A stretch of DNA of 64,000 nucleotides from Gaoshiqia hydrogeniformans. GTDB lineage: Bacteria > Bacteroidota > Bacteroidia > Bacteroidales > Prolixibacteraceae. Below the pieces are notes generated by a model. The model did not search any database. It was not told the DNA's origin and saw nothing but the letters and a program-made list of their open reading frames with translations. Positions within the stretch are counted from its first letter, which is position 1; every line of letters begins with the position of its first letter. Location: positions 3,298,575 through 3,362,574 of the forward strand of contig NZ_CP186334.1 of NCBI RefSeq assembly GCF_049347105.1, in the 5' to 3' direction. This document shows positions 48,981-58,809 of the stretch, piece by piece. The translations under genes were made by a program, and so were the position numbers.

Positions 48981-50840
48981 ATGAAACTAAAAATCTGCCT
49001 GTCCGGGCTGTTTCTGCTTTTTGCCCTGTTGTTGGGTGCACAGCCTATCGATTTTGTCGTAAAACCTTATCTGCAGCAGCTAACCGACAGTTCATTCCGG
49101 TTGCTGTGGGAAACTTCGCTGCCCGGGCGAGGCGCTGTAAAATTTGGCGAAGCCGAATTTAATGTCCTTCAACCCGATCTCAACCAACTTTTTCAGGAGC
49201 AAAAATCAGATACTTTTCACCGGGTGGTGGTAAACGGCTTAAAAGCCGGGGGGCGCTATTTCTACCAGGCCGTCACGATCGGCGAAAAAAAAGATACCCT
49301 GTGGGGGCCGGTAACACCGCTTCATATTCCTGATTACGGGCAAATGCCGGTATCGTTTACCGTGGTGGGCGATACACAGGGAAATCCCAGGGTGTGGGGA
49401 CGAATTGCCGGTCTGATGCAACGCGAACGGCCTTCGTTTGTGATTCATGCCGGCGATCTGGTTCAGTACGGACCGCACAAAGACGACTGGACGGATGAAT
49501 TTTTCAAACCCGCTGCTGAATTGTTTCGCTTTTGCCCGCTTTATCCAACCATCGGCAATCATGAAATGAACCATGACTGGTTTTACCGGTATCTCGACCT
49601 GCCCGATCCGGAGTGGTTTTATACCGTGAAAAAAGGGGAGGTGCTTTTTATTTTCGTCAATACCAACAAAGACATTCTTCCCGGTTCGGAGCAGTACAGC
49701 CGCCTGCAGCAGATTTTGGCCGCTTCGCCCGAAACCTGGAAAGTGATGATTCACCATCACCCGGTTTATACCTCCGATGAAAAAGCGTATGGAAATAGCT
49801 GGTTTCAGCGGCAGCATCACGGCGACCCCAACCACATGCACCTGAAAAAACTGTACGAAACTTATGGCGTAGATGTGGTTCTGAACGGACACGTCCACCT
49901 GTACGAACGAACCTGGCCCATTGCCAACGATCGCATTGATTTTGAAAACGGTGTGCAGTATATCAGCCTGGGCGGGGGCGGGGGCAGCCTCGATCCGGCG
50001 GTGGCAAACCGAAACTGGTACATGGTCAAAACACGCAGTTCGCATCATTTTCTGAGCGTAAAGATCGCCGGCAACCGTTTTTTTGCCGAAGCCATCGACA
50101 CGTCGGGCATTATTTTCGACTCGTGGACGATTGAAAAAAATGCCGGTTATAAGCGGTTGAATGCTCCTTTGATTACAGAAACCAAACAATATTTCATCGA
50201 TTCAACAACGGTCAGTCTTCACAACCTGAATGGCAGGGGCGAATTGGTGTATCAATTGTCTGAAGGCGAGTTGAATGCCGGCACGAAGGAGACGGTCAAC
50301 CTTCATTTAAACGAAAGCCTTACCCTTTCAGCTTTTGTGAGCGATGAAGATCAAAAGAGCTGCATAGCTGAAAAGACTTTTGTCAAATTACCGGTTTTTC
50401 AGTCGGTTAAAAAGGCGACCAGGGGAGTTACTGCCGCGTATTTTGAAGGCGACTGGACTGCCCTGCCCGATTTCGCCAAACTAAAACCTTTAAAAACATT
50501 CCAATCCGATTCTGTAAGCCTGCAAAACATCCAACCCCGCGCGCAAGACCATTTTGCCGTGCGCTTTACCGGAAGTTTTTCCGTTCCCGAAACAGCCGTC
50601 TATCGCTTTCTGTTGCAATCGTTCGATGGCAGCAAGTTGTTTATCGACGAAAAAGAAGTTATCAGCAATGATGGCATTCACTACGAAATCAGCAAAGAAA
50701 ACTTTATCGGTTTGGAGAAAGGGCTGCATGCCTTCGAAATTCAGTATTTCGATTTTGTCAGGCGTGAAACCTTGAATGTTTGGATTGGGCGGAGCAAGGA
50801 AAAGATGCTGAATTTTAATAAATTCATCGTCTCTAACTAA
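48981..50840 (+). CDS. secreted calcineurin-like metallophosphoesterase (purple-acid-phosphatase-like) fused to a C-terminal PA14-like domain
   Basis: Signal peptide, an N-terminal FN3-like region, and the metallophosphatase motifs GDTQG, HAGDLVQYG, GNHE and GHVH. The C-terminal ~150 aa are PA14-like (AVYRFLLQSFDGSKLFIDEKEV). Confidence 0.75.
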   Translation: MKLKICLSGLFLLFALLLGAQPIDFVVKPYLQQLTDSSFRLLWETSLPGRGAVKFGEAEFNVLQPDLNQLFQEQKSDTFHRVVVNGLKAGGRYFYQAVTIGEKKDTLWGPVTPLHIPDYGQMPVSFTVVGDTQGNPRVWGRIAGLMQRERPSFVIHAGDLVQYGPHKDDWTDEFFKPAAELFRFCPLYPTIGNHEMNHDWFYRYLDLPDPEWFYTVKKGEVLFIFVNTNKDILPGSEQYSRLQQILAASPETWKVMIHHHPVYTSDEKAYGNSWFQRQHHGDPNHMHLKKLYETYGVDVVLNGHVHLYERTWPIANDRIDFENGVQYISLGGGGGSLDPAVANRNWYMVKTRSSHHFLSVKIAGNRFFAEAIDTSGIIFDSWTIEKNAGYKRLNAPLITETKQYFIDSTTVSLHNLNGRGELVYQLSEGELNAGTKETVNLHLNESLTLSAFVSDEDQKSCIAEKTFVKLPVFQSVKKATRGVTAAYFEGDWTALPDFAKLKPLKTFQSDSVSLQNIQPRAQDHFAVRFTGSFSVPETAVYRFLLQSFDGSKLFIDEKEVISNDGIHYEISKENFIGLEKGLHAFEIQYFDFVRRETLNVWIGRSKEKMLNFNKFIVSN

Positions 50841-50850
50841 ATCAAATGTT

Positions 50851-53511
50851 ATGAAACCATCACTTGTATTTTGTATTGTTTTGTTTCTTTTATTCACCGG
50901 TTGCACCCTTCAGAAAGAGGTGGCCGTTTACGACCTGACCTGTGAAAATCTTGAAAACCCGTTGGGGATTGCGACCGGCACGCCGCGTTTTGGCTGGAAA
51001 ATCCGGAGCAGGCTAAACGGCACGGAGCAAACCGCTTACCAGGTGATGGTGGCCGGCGATCCTGCTCTTTTGCATAAAAACAAGGCCGATCTTTGGGATT
51101 CCGGAAAGATTTCATCTTCAGAAAGTATTTGGGTCCCGTTTGCCGGGAAAGCCCTGGCCCCGGGAACGCCTGCCTGGTGGAAAGTGCGTGTGTGGGACGC
51201 TGCCGGAAATGTTTCGGACTGGAGTCCGCTTGCACAATTTAGCATTGGCTTATTAAATGAAGAAGACTGGCAGGCCGAATACATCGGTTTTCCGACTGAC
51301 GCGGGCTACAGAGAGTGCCCCCAGTTCCGGCAATCCTTTCAGGCATATCAAAAGGGCGAAAAATTGCTGCTTCATGTCAATTCGCTGGGTTATCACGAAG
51401 TTTACCTGAACGGTGAAAAGGTGGGCGAAGGTGTGCTCAGCCCGGCTGTTTCACAGTTTGATAAACGTTCGCACACAATCACCTACGATGTGTCGCCTTT
51501 TGTAAAGAAAGGCCAAAACGAACTGTTGTTGTGGCTGGGAAGCGGCTGGTACACCGAAGGTTTGCCGGGTGTGGCCCACAATGGCCCCTTGGTGAAAGCG
51601 CAGCTGGAGCGTTTTTCCAAAGGGATTCGCGAAATTGTTCTCTTCACCGGATCAAACTGGCTTGGCAGGAAAAGCGCCTACACGCGGCAGGGCAACTGGA
51701 GGCCGCATCAGTTTGGCGGCGAAATACTGGACGGGACGATGGCAAAGAGCGACTTAAACCCAGAAAATCAGCCGGAAAGAAGCTGGTCTCCTGTTTCGGT
51801 TGTAACGGTTCCCGCGCATCAGGTAAGTCCGCAAATGGTCGAGTTGAATAAGATCACCGAAGTGCTGAAACCAGTTGAAATCAGCCAGGCCGGTAAAGAC
51901 ACATTTTTGGTTGATATGGGAAAATGCCTGACCGGCTGGACGGAGGTTCGTTTCCCGAAACTGCAAAAGTCGCAGGAAATCGTGCTGGAATATGCCGATC
52001 ACCTGGATAAAAACGGCAACCTGGCCAAGCAGCGGCAAACCGACCGCTATATTGCATCAGGCGAAGAATCGGAAATCTTCAAAAATAAGTTCAATTACCA
52101 CGCTTACCGCTACCTGCGTATTTCGAATTTAACCGAGGCACCTTCACCCGAAAACATCACGGCTTACCTGATCCATACGGGCTACAGGCAGGCTTCCGGC
52201 TTTAGCTGTTCCGATCCCGACTTAAACCAGATTCACGACATGCTGTTTTATACGCTCTGTTGCCTGAGCCTTGGAGGCGACCTGGTGGATTGCCCGCACA
52301 TCGAGCGGCTGGGCTACGGCGGCGACGGAAATGCTTCCACCGTAACGGCGCAAACCATGTTCAACCTGGGGCCGCTTTATACCAACTGGCTGCAGGCCTG
52401 GGCCGACTGTGTGCGCGACGACGGCGGGATGCCGCATACCGCGCCCAATCCGTATCCTGCAGGCGGCGGTCCGTACTGGTGCGGGTTTATCATCACCGCT
52501 TCGTGGCAAACATTTTTGAATTACGGCGACACGCTTCTTCTGAAAAAACATTACCCGGTGATGCAAAAATGGCTGGGCTACGTCGATCAACACACTGTTG
52601 ACGGGCTTCTGAAACGCTGGCCCGACACCGATTACCGGGGCTGGTACCTCGGCGACTGGGCAACGCCCACCGGGATCGATCAAACCGCCGAAGCTTCGGT
52701 AAACGTGGTGAATAACTCGTTTGTCGCCGTTTGTTTGGATAACATGCAGAAAATTGCCCGTGTTCTCGGTAAACCGGAAGATGAAAAGATGTATGCAGCC
52801 CAAAAAGAACAACTTCAGCGAAAAATTCATGAAACCTGTTTTGACGGTTCAAATTTTACATACGGAACCGGAACACAAATCGACCTTGCTTTTCCGATGA
52901 TTGCCGGGGTGGTTCCCGAAGACCAACAGGAAGAGGTGAAAAAGTCTCTTTTTCATGAAACAGAAATCAACCGGAACGGGCATTTCGCCTGTGGTTTGGT
53001 GGGTTTGCCGGTAATTACAGAATGGGCCGTTAAAAATCAGGCCGCCGGATGGATGTATTCGATGCTGAAAAAGCGCGGGTATCCGGGATACCTCTACATG
53101 ATCGACAATGGCGCCACCACCACCTGGGAACACTGGAACGGCGACCGCAGTCGTATTCACAACTGTTACAACGGCATTGGTTCCTGGTTTTATCAGGCGG
53201 TTGGCGGAATTTGTCCGGCCGAAGATGTCCCGGCCTGGCGAAAAGTCCGCATCCAACCGCAAATCCCCGAAGGAGTGACCTGGGCCAAAACATACAAGGA
53301 AACCCCTTTTGGGAAACTGTCGGTAAACTGGAACCTGGTGGAAAACAGGCTGGAGATGGAGCTTGAAATCCCGGTGGGAACGGAGGCAGAGATTGTTCTC
53401 CCCGAAGGAGAGAAAAAATATACCCTCGATGGCGCTGAAAAAGAACTTCAGCAAGAAGCGAATGGCGTAATACTGAAAAGCGGGACGTATAAAATCAGTT
53501 ATAAAATTTAG
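50851..53511 (+). CDS. GH78 alpha-L-rhamnosidase
   Basis: Characteristic rhamnosidase N-terminus (NPLGI...PRFGWKI...TAYQV.V...LWDSGKI) and an 886-aa multi-domain length with an (alpha/alpha)6 region. Confidence 0.8.
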   Translation: MKPSLVFCIVLFLLFTGCTLQKEVAVYDLTCENLENPLGIATGTPRFGWKIRSRLNGTEQTAYQVMVAGDPALLHKNKADLWDSGKISSSESIWVPFAGKALAPGTPAWWKVRVWDAAGNVSDWSPLAQFSIGLLNEEDWQAEYIGFPTDAGYRECPQFRQSFQAYQKGEKLLLHVNSLGYHEVYLNGEKVGEGVLSPAVSQFDKRSHTITYDVSPFVKKGQNELLLWLGSGWYTEGLPGVAHNGPLVKAQLERFSKGIREIVLFTGSNWLGRKSAYTRQGNWRPHQFGGEILDGTMAKSDLNPENQPERSWSPVSVVTVPAHQVSPQMVELNKITEVLKPVEISQAGKDTFLVDMGKCLTGWTEVRFPKLQKSQEIVLEYADHLDKNGNLAKQRQTDRYIASGEESEIFKNKFNYHAYRYLRISNLTEAPSPENITAYLIHTGYRQASGFSCSDPDLNQIHDMLFYTLCCLSLGGDLVDCPHIERLGYGGDGNASTVTAQTMFNLGPLYTNWLQAWADCVRDDGGMPHTAPNPYPAGGGPYWCGFIITASWQTFLNYGDTLLLKKHYPVMQKWLGYVDQHTVDGLLKRWPDTDYRGWYLGDWATPTGIDQTAEASVNVVNNSFVAVCLDNMQKIARVLGKPEDEKMYAAQKEQLQRKIHETCFDGSNFTYGTGTQIDLAFPMIAGVVPEDQQEEVKKSLFHETEINRNGHFACGLVGLPVITEWAVKNQAAGWMYSMLKKRGYPGYLYMIDNGATTTWEHWNGDRSRIHNCYNGIGSWFYQAVGGICPAEDVPAWRKVRIQPQIPEGVTWAKTYKETPFGKLSVNWNLVENRLEMELEIPVGTEAEIVLPEGEKKYTLDGAEKELQQEANGVILKSGTYKISYKI

Positions 53512-53517
53512 CAGGAG

Positions 53518-54594
53518 ATGGTTCGGACTTGGGGTTTGATTTTTCTTTTCGCAGTTGGCTTTCGTTTTTTTCCGGCAGCGCAGGAAATTGTGCCGGAGGA
53601 AGTGATGCAGCAAATTTATGAAGAAATAAAAGCGCCTCACAAATATGGACTGGTGCTGGTTCCCGCAGAAGGTAAAATGGTGGACAGTCCAAGTGTTTTT
53701 CGCTTTAAACGGGCTTGGTACATGGCCTACATTGTTTTTGATGGAAAAGGCTACGAAACCTGGTTGGCCAAAAGCAACGATTTGCTGAACTGGGAAACGC
53801 TCGGGAAAATCATGTCGTTTACCGAAGCTGGCTGGGATGCCAGTCAGAAAGCCGGATACATTGCCCTGCAGGATTATGAATGGGGCGGTTCGTACAAAGT
53901 CCGGAAATACAACAGAAAATACTGGATGTCGTACCTCGGCGGGGCAAGCAGCGGGTACGAAGCCGGTGTGTTGGGCATCGGGATGGCTTTTTCGAAAAAA
54001 TTAAGCCGGCCAAACGAGTGGCAACGCTTGGAGCAGCCGGTGATTTCGGCCAACGACGATGATGTGCGCTGGTACGATCATCAAACCATCTACAAAAGCA
54101 CCGTCATTCAGGATAAACAAAAATCGCTTGGCCACCCTTTTGTGATGTTTTACAATGCCAAAGGCAGCGACAAAGCCAACGGAAAAGCAGAGGCGGAGCG
54201 GATTGTTATGGCTGTTTCCGACGATATGCTTCACTGGAAACGTTTTGGCGAGACGCCGGTGATTGATCACCAGAAAGGCATTTCGGGTGACGCCTTTATC
54301 ACCAAAATCGGCGATCTGTGGGTGATGTTTTATTTCGGCGCGTTTTGGAAACCCGGCGCGTTCGATCGTTTTGCCTGTTCGTACGATCTGGTCAACTGGA
54401 CCCGCTGGGAAGGCGACGATTTGATCAGCCCGTCGGAAGACTATGACAGCCGGTATGCACACAAACCATTTGAAATTAAAAACAAAGGGGTGATTTACCA
54501 TTTTTATTGTGCCGTCGATGATAAGGAAAACCGGGGGATTGCTGTCGCTACCTCAATCGATTTGGGGAAAAGCAAGCTTCGGTTTCAGAAATAA
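53518..54594 (+). CDS. secreted beta-propeller glycoside-hydrolase-like protein (GH43/GH32/GH117-clan fold; family uncertain)
   Basis: Signal peptide and a beta-strand-rich composition with repeated W/Y-containing blades; located inside a glycosidase cluster. Confidence 0.45.
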   Translation: MVRTWGLIFLFAVGFRFFPAAQEIVPEEVMQQIYEEIKAPHKYGLVLVPAEGKMVDSPSVFRFKRAWYMAYIVFDGKGYETWLAKSNDLLNWETLGKIMSFTEAGWDASQKAGYIALQDYEWGGSYKVRKYNRKYWMSYLGGASSGYEAGVLGIGMAFSKKLSRPNEWQRLEQPVISANDDDVRWYDHQTIYKSTVIQDKQKSLGHPFVMFYNAKGSDKANGKAEAERIVMAVSDDMLHWKRFGETPVIDHQKGISGDAFITKIGDLWVMFYFGAFWKPGAFDRFACSYDLVNWTRWEGDDLISPSEDYDSRYAHKPFEIKNKGVIYHFYCAVDDKENRGIAVATSIDLGKSKLRFQK

Positions 54595-54631
54595 GCAAAA
54601 ATTTTACGTGAACAACTAAACCAAACATACC

Positions 54632-55753
54632 ATGAAAAAATTTTTGACCATTCTCATTTTTGCAGCTTTTGCAGGCATCACTACTTTTGGACAGACATCA
54701 GGCACGATCATCATGGACGAGGTGGTGCGCGTTCCGGCCCGGCACGAAATCGCCTTGCCCGATATTCCCGGCTACAAAACCCTGAAGTGCGATTTCCACG
54801 TTCATACCGTATTTTCGGATGGCGTGGTGTGGCCGACTTTACGGGTCGATGAGGCCTGGGAAGACGGGCTCGACGCCATCGCCATCACCGATCACATTGA
54901 AGGGCACCCGAAAAAACTTCCCGGACAAAATCACCAGTCGTACGAAATTGCTTTGCCCGTGGCCAAAGCCAAAAATATCATCCTGGTAAAAGGCGGTGAA
55001 ATTTCACGCGGTATGCCTCCCGGCCATTTAAATGCCATTTTTGTAACCGATGTGAATGCACTGAATCTCCCCGACTGGATGGAAGCCATTGGCGAAGCAA
55101 TTCGCCAGGGCGGTTTTGTGATGTGGAACCATCCCGGTTGGCGCAAACAGCAGCCCGAAATAACCCGATGGATGGCCGAACACGAAGCCATCTGGCAAAA
55201 AGGCTGGATGCACGGTATTGAAGTTTTCAACGAAAAAGAATGGTACCCCGAAGCCCTGCAGTGGGCGCAGGATAAAAACCTGGCCATCATTGGTAACTCC
55301 GACATTCACGACGCCTATAAAAAACGCTATCACACCGAACGGTTTCCAATCCGCCCGGTTACGCTGGTTTTTGCCAAAGAACGTACCGAAGAATCGCTGA
55401 AAGAAGCCATGTTTGCCCGTCGTACCGCCACGCTTTTCTTTAATAAACTGGTGGGGCCGAAGGAGCTGGTTGACCCCCTTGTACAGCAATCCATCAGCGT
55501 ATCGGATCCCTTTTTGTACGATGGCGGGTTCATCTATTTTGAGGTGAAAAATTCGTCCGACATCGAATTTACGCTGCTGAAAACCGGGAACGACGATTCG
55601 GGCCTTCCTGAAAAAAACATTCTGCCTCGCCAAAGCACGGTCGTCGCCCGTGTAAAACAGGAAAAAGGACAAGTCCGCACGTATTCTTTTAAACTCGAGA
55701 ATGTGCTGACCGGAGTAGAACAATACGGCGAATATTTCATTAGCATCAAATAG
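54632..55753 (+). CDS. secreted PHP-domain metal-dependent phosphoesterase
   Basis: Signal peptide. PHP motif CDFHVHTVFSDG, with further His/Asp metal ligands (ITDHIEG, GNSDIHD). Confidence 0.6.
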   Translation: MKKFLTILIFAAFAGITTFGQTSGTIIMDEVVRVPARHEIALPDIPGYKTLKCDFHVHTVFSDGVVWPTLRVDEAWEDGLDAIAITDHIEGHPKKLPGQNHQSYEIALPVAKAKNIILVKGGEISRGMPPGHLNAIFVTDVNALNLPDWMEAIGEAIRQGGFVMWNHPGWRKQQPEITRWMAEHEAIWQKGWMHGIEVFNEKEWYPEALQWAQDKNLAIIGNSDIHDAYKKRYHTERFPIRPVTLVFAKERTEESLKEAMFARRTATLFFNKLVGPKELVDPLVQQSISVSDPFLYDGGFIYFEVKNSSDIEFTLLKTGNDDSGLPEKNILPRQSTVVARVKQEKGQVRTYSFKLENVLTGVEQYGEYFISIK

Positions 55754-55758
55754 AACAA

Positions 55759-58700
55759 ATGAAGAAAATTTTGCTTCAGACCGGTATTATTTTGTTTTTA
55801 TTATTGCACGGATTTTTGCCAAAGGTCGCTGCAATCCGTTTTACCCCGCTTTATCCGGTTGGTAACTCAATTTCGCTGAACGGAATTTGGAAATTCAAAT
55901 ACATTCCTTCGAGCATGATTGGCCCCGATTCGATGTTTTATCCCGAGGGTTTTGAGGTTTCAAAATGGGACCATATAAAAGTCCCCGGACACTGGGAACT
56001 TCAGGGTTTTGCCGAACCCAAATACAAGTCGGTGGACGAGGGTACCGGCCTTTACCGTACCACTTTTACAGTGCCGGAATCGTTTCGTGAACGACAGGTT
56101 TTTATCCGGTTTGAAGGAGTCCAATATGCTTACGAAGTGTATGTAAACGGACAAAAAGCCGGCGAGTGGAGTAGTTCGTACAATGCAGCCAGTTTTAATA
56201 TCACGGATTTGGTGCAGCCCGGAAAAGAGAATACGTTGGCAGTAAGGGTTTCAACCCGTTCCAAAGGATATCAGTTCGACCTTAACGACTGCTGGGCTTT
56301 GTCGGGTATTTTTCGGGATGTGACCCTTTTCAGTACGCCGGATTTGCATATCGATGATTTCACGGTACAGACTTTTTTGAACAACGACCGGTCGGCCAAC
56401 ATAAGAATCGCTGTCAAACTTCAGGATGAGAAAAAAGAAATTTCAGGAAGTTATGTATTGAAGGCGATATTGAATTCTCCGGAAGGAAAAGTTGTTCAGG
56501 AAAAATCATGGGTGGCTCAAACAGAAAACAGCGCCGAATTGACTGTCAATTTTCCTGAATTGTGGACTGCCGAAACGCCGGCGTTGTATTCTCTTGCGCT
56601 TTCATTACTGAAGGATGGCAACGAAATACAGCGCGTCAATCAGAAAGTGGGCATCCGGGAAGTCAAAATCGACGGCACCGTTTTGAAGCTGAACGGGAAA
56701 GCTCTCAAGCTGCGCGGTGTCGATCACCACGACCTGGTGCCGGAAACCGGCAGGACACTCAGCAGGGAACAGATTCTGAACGATTTGTTGCTGATGAAAA
56801 GGGCGAATATCAATTTTGTTCGCACCTCGCATTATCCATCCGACCGCCGGACGCTGGATGTGTGCGACAGCCTGGGCTTTTATGTGATTTGCGAGGTTCC
56901 TTTCGGCTTTGGGAACAGCTTTCTGGAAGATTCAAGCTATCAGAATATACTTTTAACACGTGCCAAGGCAACCTTGTTACGCGATAAAAACCATCCTTCG
57001 GTAATTTTGTGGAGCTTGGGAAATGAAAATCCGGTAACACCGATAACCAATATTACTGCCCAATATGTAAAAACAACCGATCCAACACGTCCGGTCTGTT
57101 ATCCTCAAATGGGTTCGTATTTCAACGAGAATTATCAAAACATCCCCGATTACATGGATGTTTACGCTCCACATTACCGTGATGCTGAATGGGTAAAAAG
57201 CTTTGCTAAGGAAACCAACCGCCCGGTAATCATGACCGAGTACGCCCACGCGCTGGGCCTGGCTTTTGGCAATATGGCCAGTATCTGGAAAGAAATGTTC
57301 CGCAACGAAGCGTTTGCCGGCGGCGCAGTGTGGCATTTTCACGATCAGGGAATTCTGCGGAAAGCTGAAAAACCGGTCGATACCAGTCAACTGGCTTACG
57401 ATGTGTGGATTGATTCGCTGAATTATTACAACACCACCCTCGATGGCGCCGATGGCATTGTGTATGCCGACCGTACTCCTCAAACCGACTATTGGCAGGT
57501 GCGAAAAGTTTATTCGCCGGTGCAGGTGATTGAAAAGGAGATCAACGTCGTTCAGGGGAAACAGGAAGTGAATGTTACGGTTTATAATCAGTACGATTTT
57601 ACCAACCTGAATACGCTGTCCGGAACCTGGGAATTGTTCCGCAACCGTGAAGTAATTCAGCAGGGCGGGTTAAAAATAAACTGCGCGCCACACGATACCG
57701 TCCGTGTTTCTATCCCCTGTACTATTGCCGAAAATCCTGAAAATGCCGTTTGGCTGCTCCGGCTCCGCTTCAGCGACCCCGACAGGATCCCGGTGTTTGA
57801 ACATACCATCCGGTTGTCAACCGAAAATCAGATGGAAGCTATTTTTAAAGCAATCCGGGAAGGACTGCCTGTAAAACATGTGAAAATCAGCGGTGAAGAC
57901 AACGAAACAATCCTCAAAACAAAAGATTTTATCTGCACCATCCACGACGGTACCATGCCGGTGTCGCTGGTTTCCCGAAAACGAAAAGCAGAATTGCTGA
58001 ACAGCGAAATTTATGTCCGCACAGGACGTATCCCGCAAATGGCCGATGTAACAGTCAGGGACAGGTTTTTCCCCGAAACCGGCGATTATTATTGGGAACC
58101 GCATCTGCTAAAATCCTCGCGGACCGCCGTTTCTGAAACAAAAAACACCACAGACGAATATCAGGTATTGGCAAATAAAACATTCAGAAGGGGCGAGAAT
58201 TTTCCGGGACAAAAAATAGAAGCCGGATTTTTGTATACCCTCAAAAACAACGGGATATTGGAACTCAATTATAACTTATCTCCCGAGAACTGTACCGGAT
58301 TTTTTCTTGAAGCCGGAGTTTCGCTGATCCTGCCTGCGACAACCGATCAGTTCTTATGGTTGGGCGACGGGCCGTATGTTTCGTATCCCGAAAAGAACGA
58401 ACTGAACGATTTTGGAATCCACCAGATTCATAAAGAAGACCTGAATTTCAAAGGAAACCGCACCAATGTAGAGATCGCTGTTCTTACTGACCGTAAAGGA
58501 AATGGATTGGCCCTGCTGGGCGATCAGAAAAATATTTCAGTCGAACTACGGAACAATCAGGTCGTGGTAAGCCACAATTCAATAGTATCCGGAGTGGGCA
58601 ATAAAAAGAACATGCCTACGCCTGTTTTTCCGGCGAACGATATTTCTTCTATCAGCGGGAAACTCGAAATTATTCCGTTGGTTGAAGGCCGGTGGCCGGA

Positions 58701-58785
58701 AAAGCTGAAGGAAATTTTCGGGGCGGAAATAAAGCCGGTTATTCCGTTCAAACCATTTTATTACAGTTACGATACCAGTTATTAG
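55759..58785 (+). CDS. GH2-family glycoside hydrolase (beta-galactosidase/beta-mannosidase-like)
   Basis: Signal peptide, a GH2 sugar-binding N-terminal domain and a TIM barrel with the acid/base motif WSLGNE; 1008 aa. Confidence 0.8.
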   Translation: MKKILLQTGIILFLLLHGFLPKVAAIRFTPLYPVGNSISLNGIWKFKYIPSSMIGPDSMFYPEGFEVSKWDHIKVPGHWELQGFAEPKYKSVDEGTGLYRTTFTVPESFRERQVFIRFEGVQYAYEVYVNGQKAGEWSSSYNAASFNITDLVQPGKENTLAVRVSTRSKGYQFDLNDCWALSGIFRDVTLFSTPDLHIDDFTVQTFLNNDRSANIRIAVKLQDEKKEISGSYVLKAILNSPEGKVVQEKSWVAQTENSAELTVNFPELWTAETPALYSLALSLLKDGNEIQRVNQKVGIREVKIDGTVLKLNGKALKLRGVDHHDLVPETGRTLSREQILNDLLLMKRANINFVRTSHYPSDRRTLDVCDSLGFYVICEVPFGFGNSFLEDSSYQNILLTRAKATLLRDKNHPSVILWSLGNENPVTPITNITAQYVKTTDPTRPVCYPQMGSYFNENYQNIPDYMDVYAPHYRDAEWVKSFAKETNRPVIMTEYAHALGLAFGNMASIWKEMFRNEAFAGGAVWHFHDQGILRKAEKPVDTSQLAYDVWIDSLNYYNTTLDGADGIVYADRTPQTDYWQVRKVYSPVQVIEKEINVVQGKQEVNVTVYNQYDFTNLNTLSGTWELFRNREVIQQGGLKINCAPHDTVRVSIPCTIAENPENAVWLLRLRFSDPDRIPVFEHTIRLSTENQMEAIFKAIREGLPVKHVKISGEDNETILKTKDFICTIHDGTMPVSLVSRKRKAELLNSEIYVRTGRIPQMADVTVRDRFFPETGDYYWEPHLLKSSRTAVSETKNTTDEYQVLANKTFRRGENFPGQKIEAGFLYTLKNNGILELNYNLSPENCTGFFLEAGVSLILPATTDQFLWLGDGPYVSYPEKNELNDFGIHQIHKEDLNFKGNRTNVEIAVLTDRKGNGLALLGDQKNISVELRNNQVVVSHNSIVSGVGNKKNMPTPVFPANDISSISGKLEIIPLVEGRWPEKLKEIFGAEIKPVIPFKPFYYSYDTSY

Positions 58786-58809
58786 TCAAATAAATTAAAA
58801 CCTGGGAAT

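Noticed and set aside
49239-50189. 316-aa minus-strand ORF antisense to the metallophosphoesterase gene
   Set aside because: The plus-strand gene carries unmistakable metallophosphatase motifs. The antisense translation is Gly/Val/Phe-rich without motifs.
52222-53640. Minus-strand ORFs (202 aa, 263 aa) inside the GH78 gene
   Set aside because: Antisense shadows of a gene with a diagnostic rhamnosidase N-terminus. Their composition is Arg/His-rich and atypical.
55028-55723. 231-aa minus-strand ORF antisense to the PHP phosphoesterase gene
   Set aside because: Shadow ORF. The plus-strand frame has a signal peptide and the PHP HxH motif.
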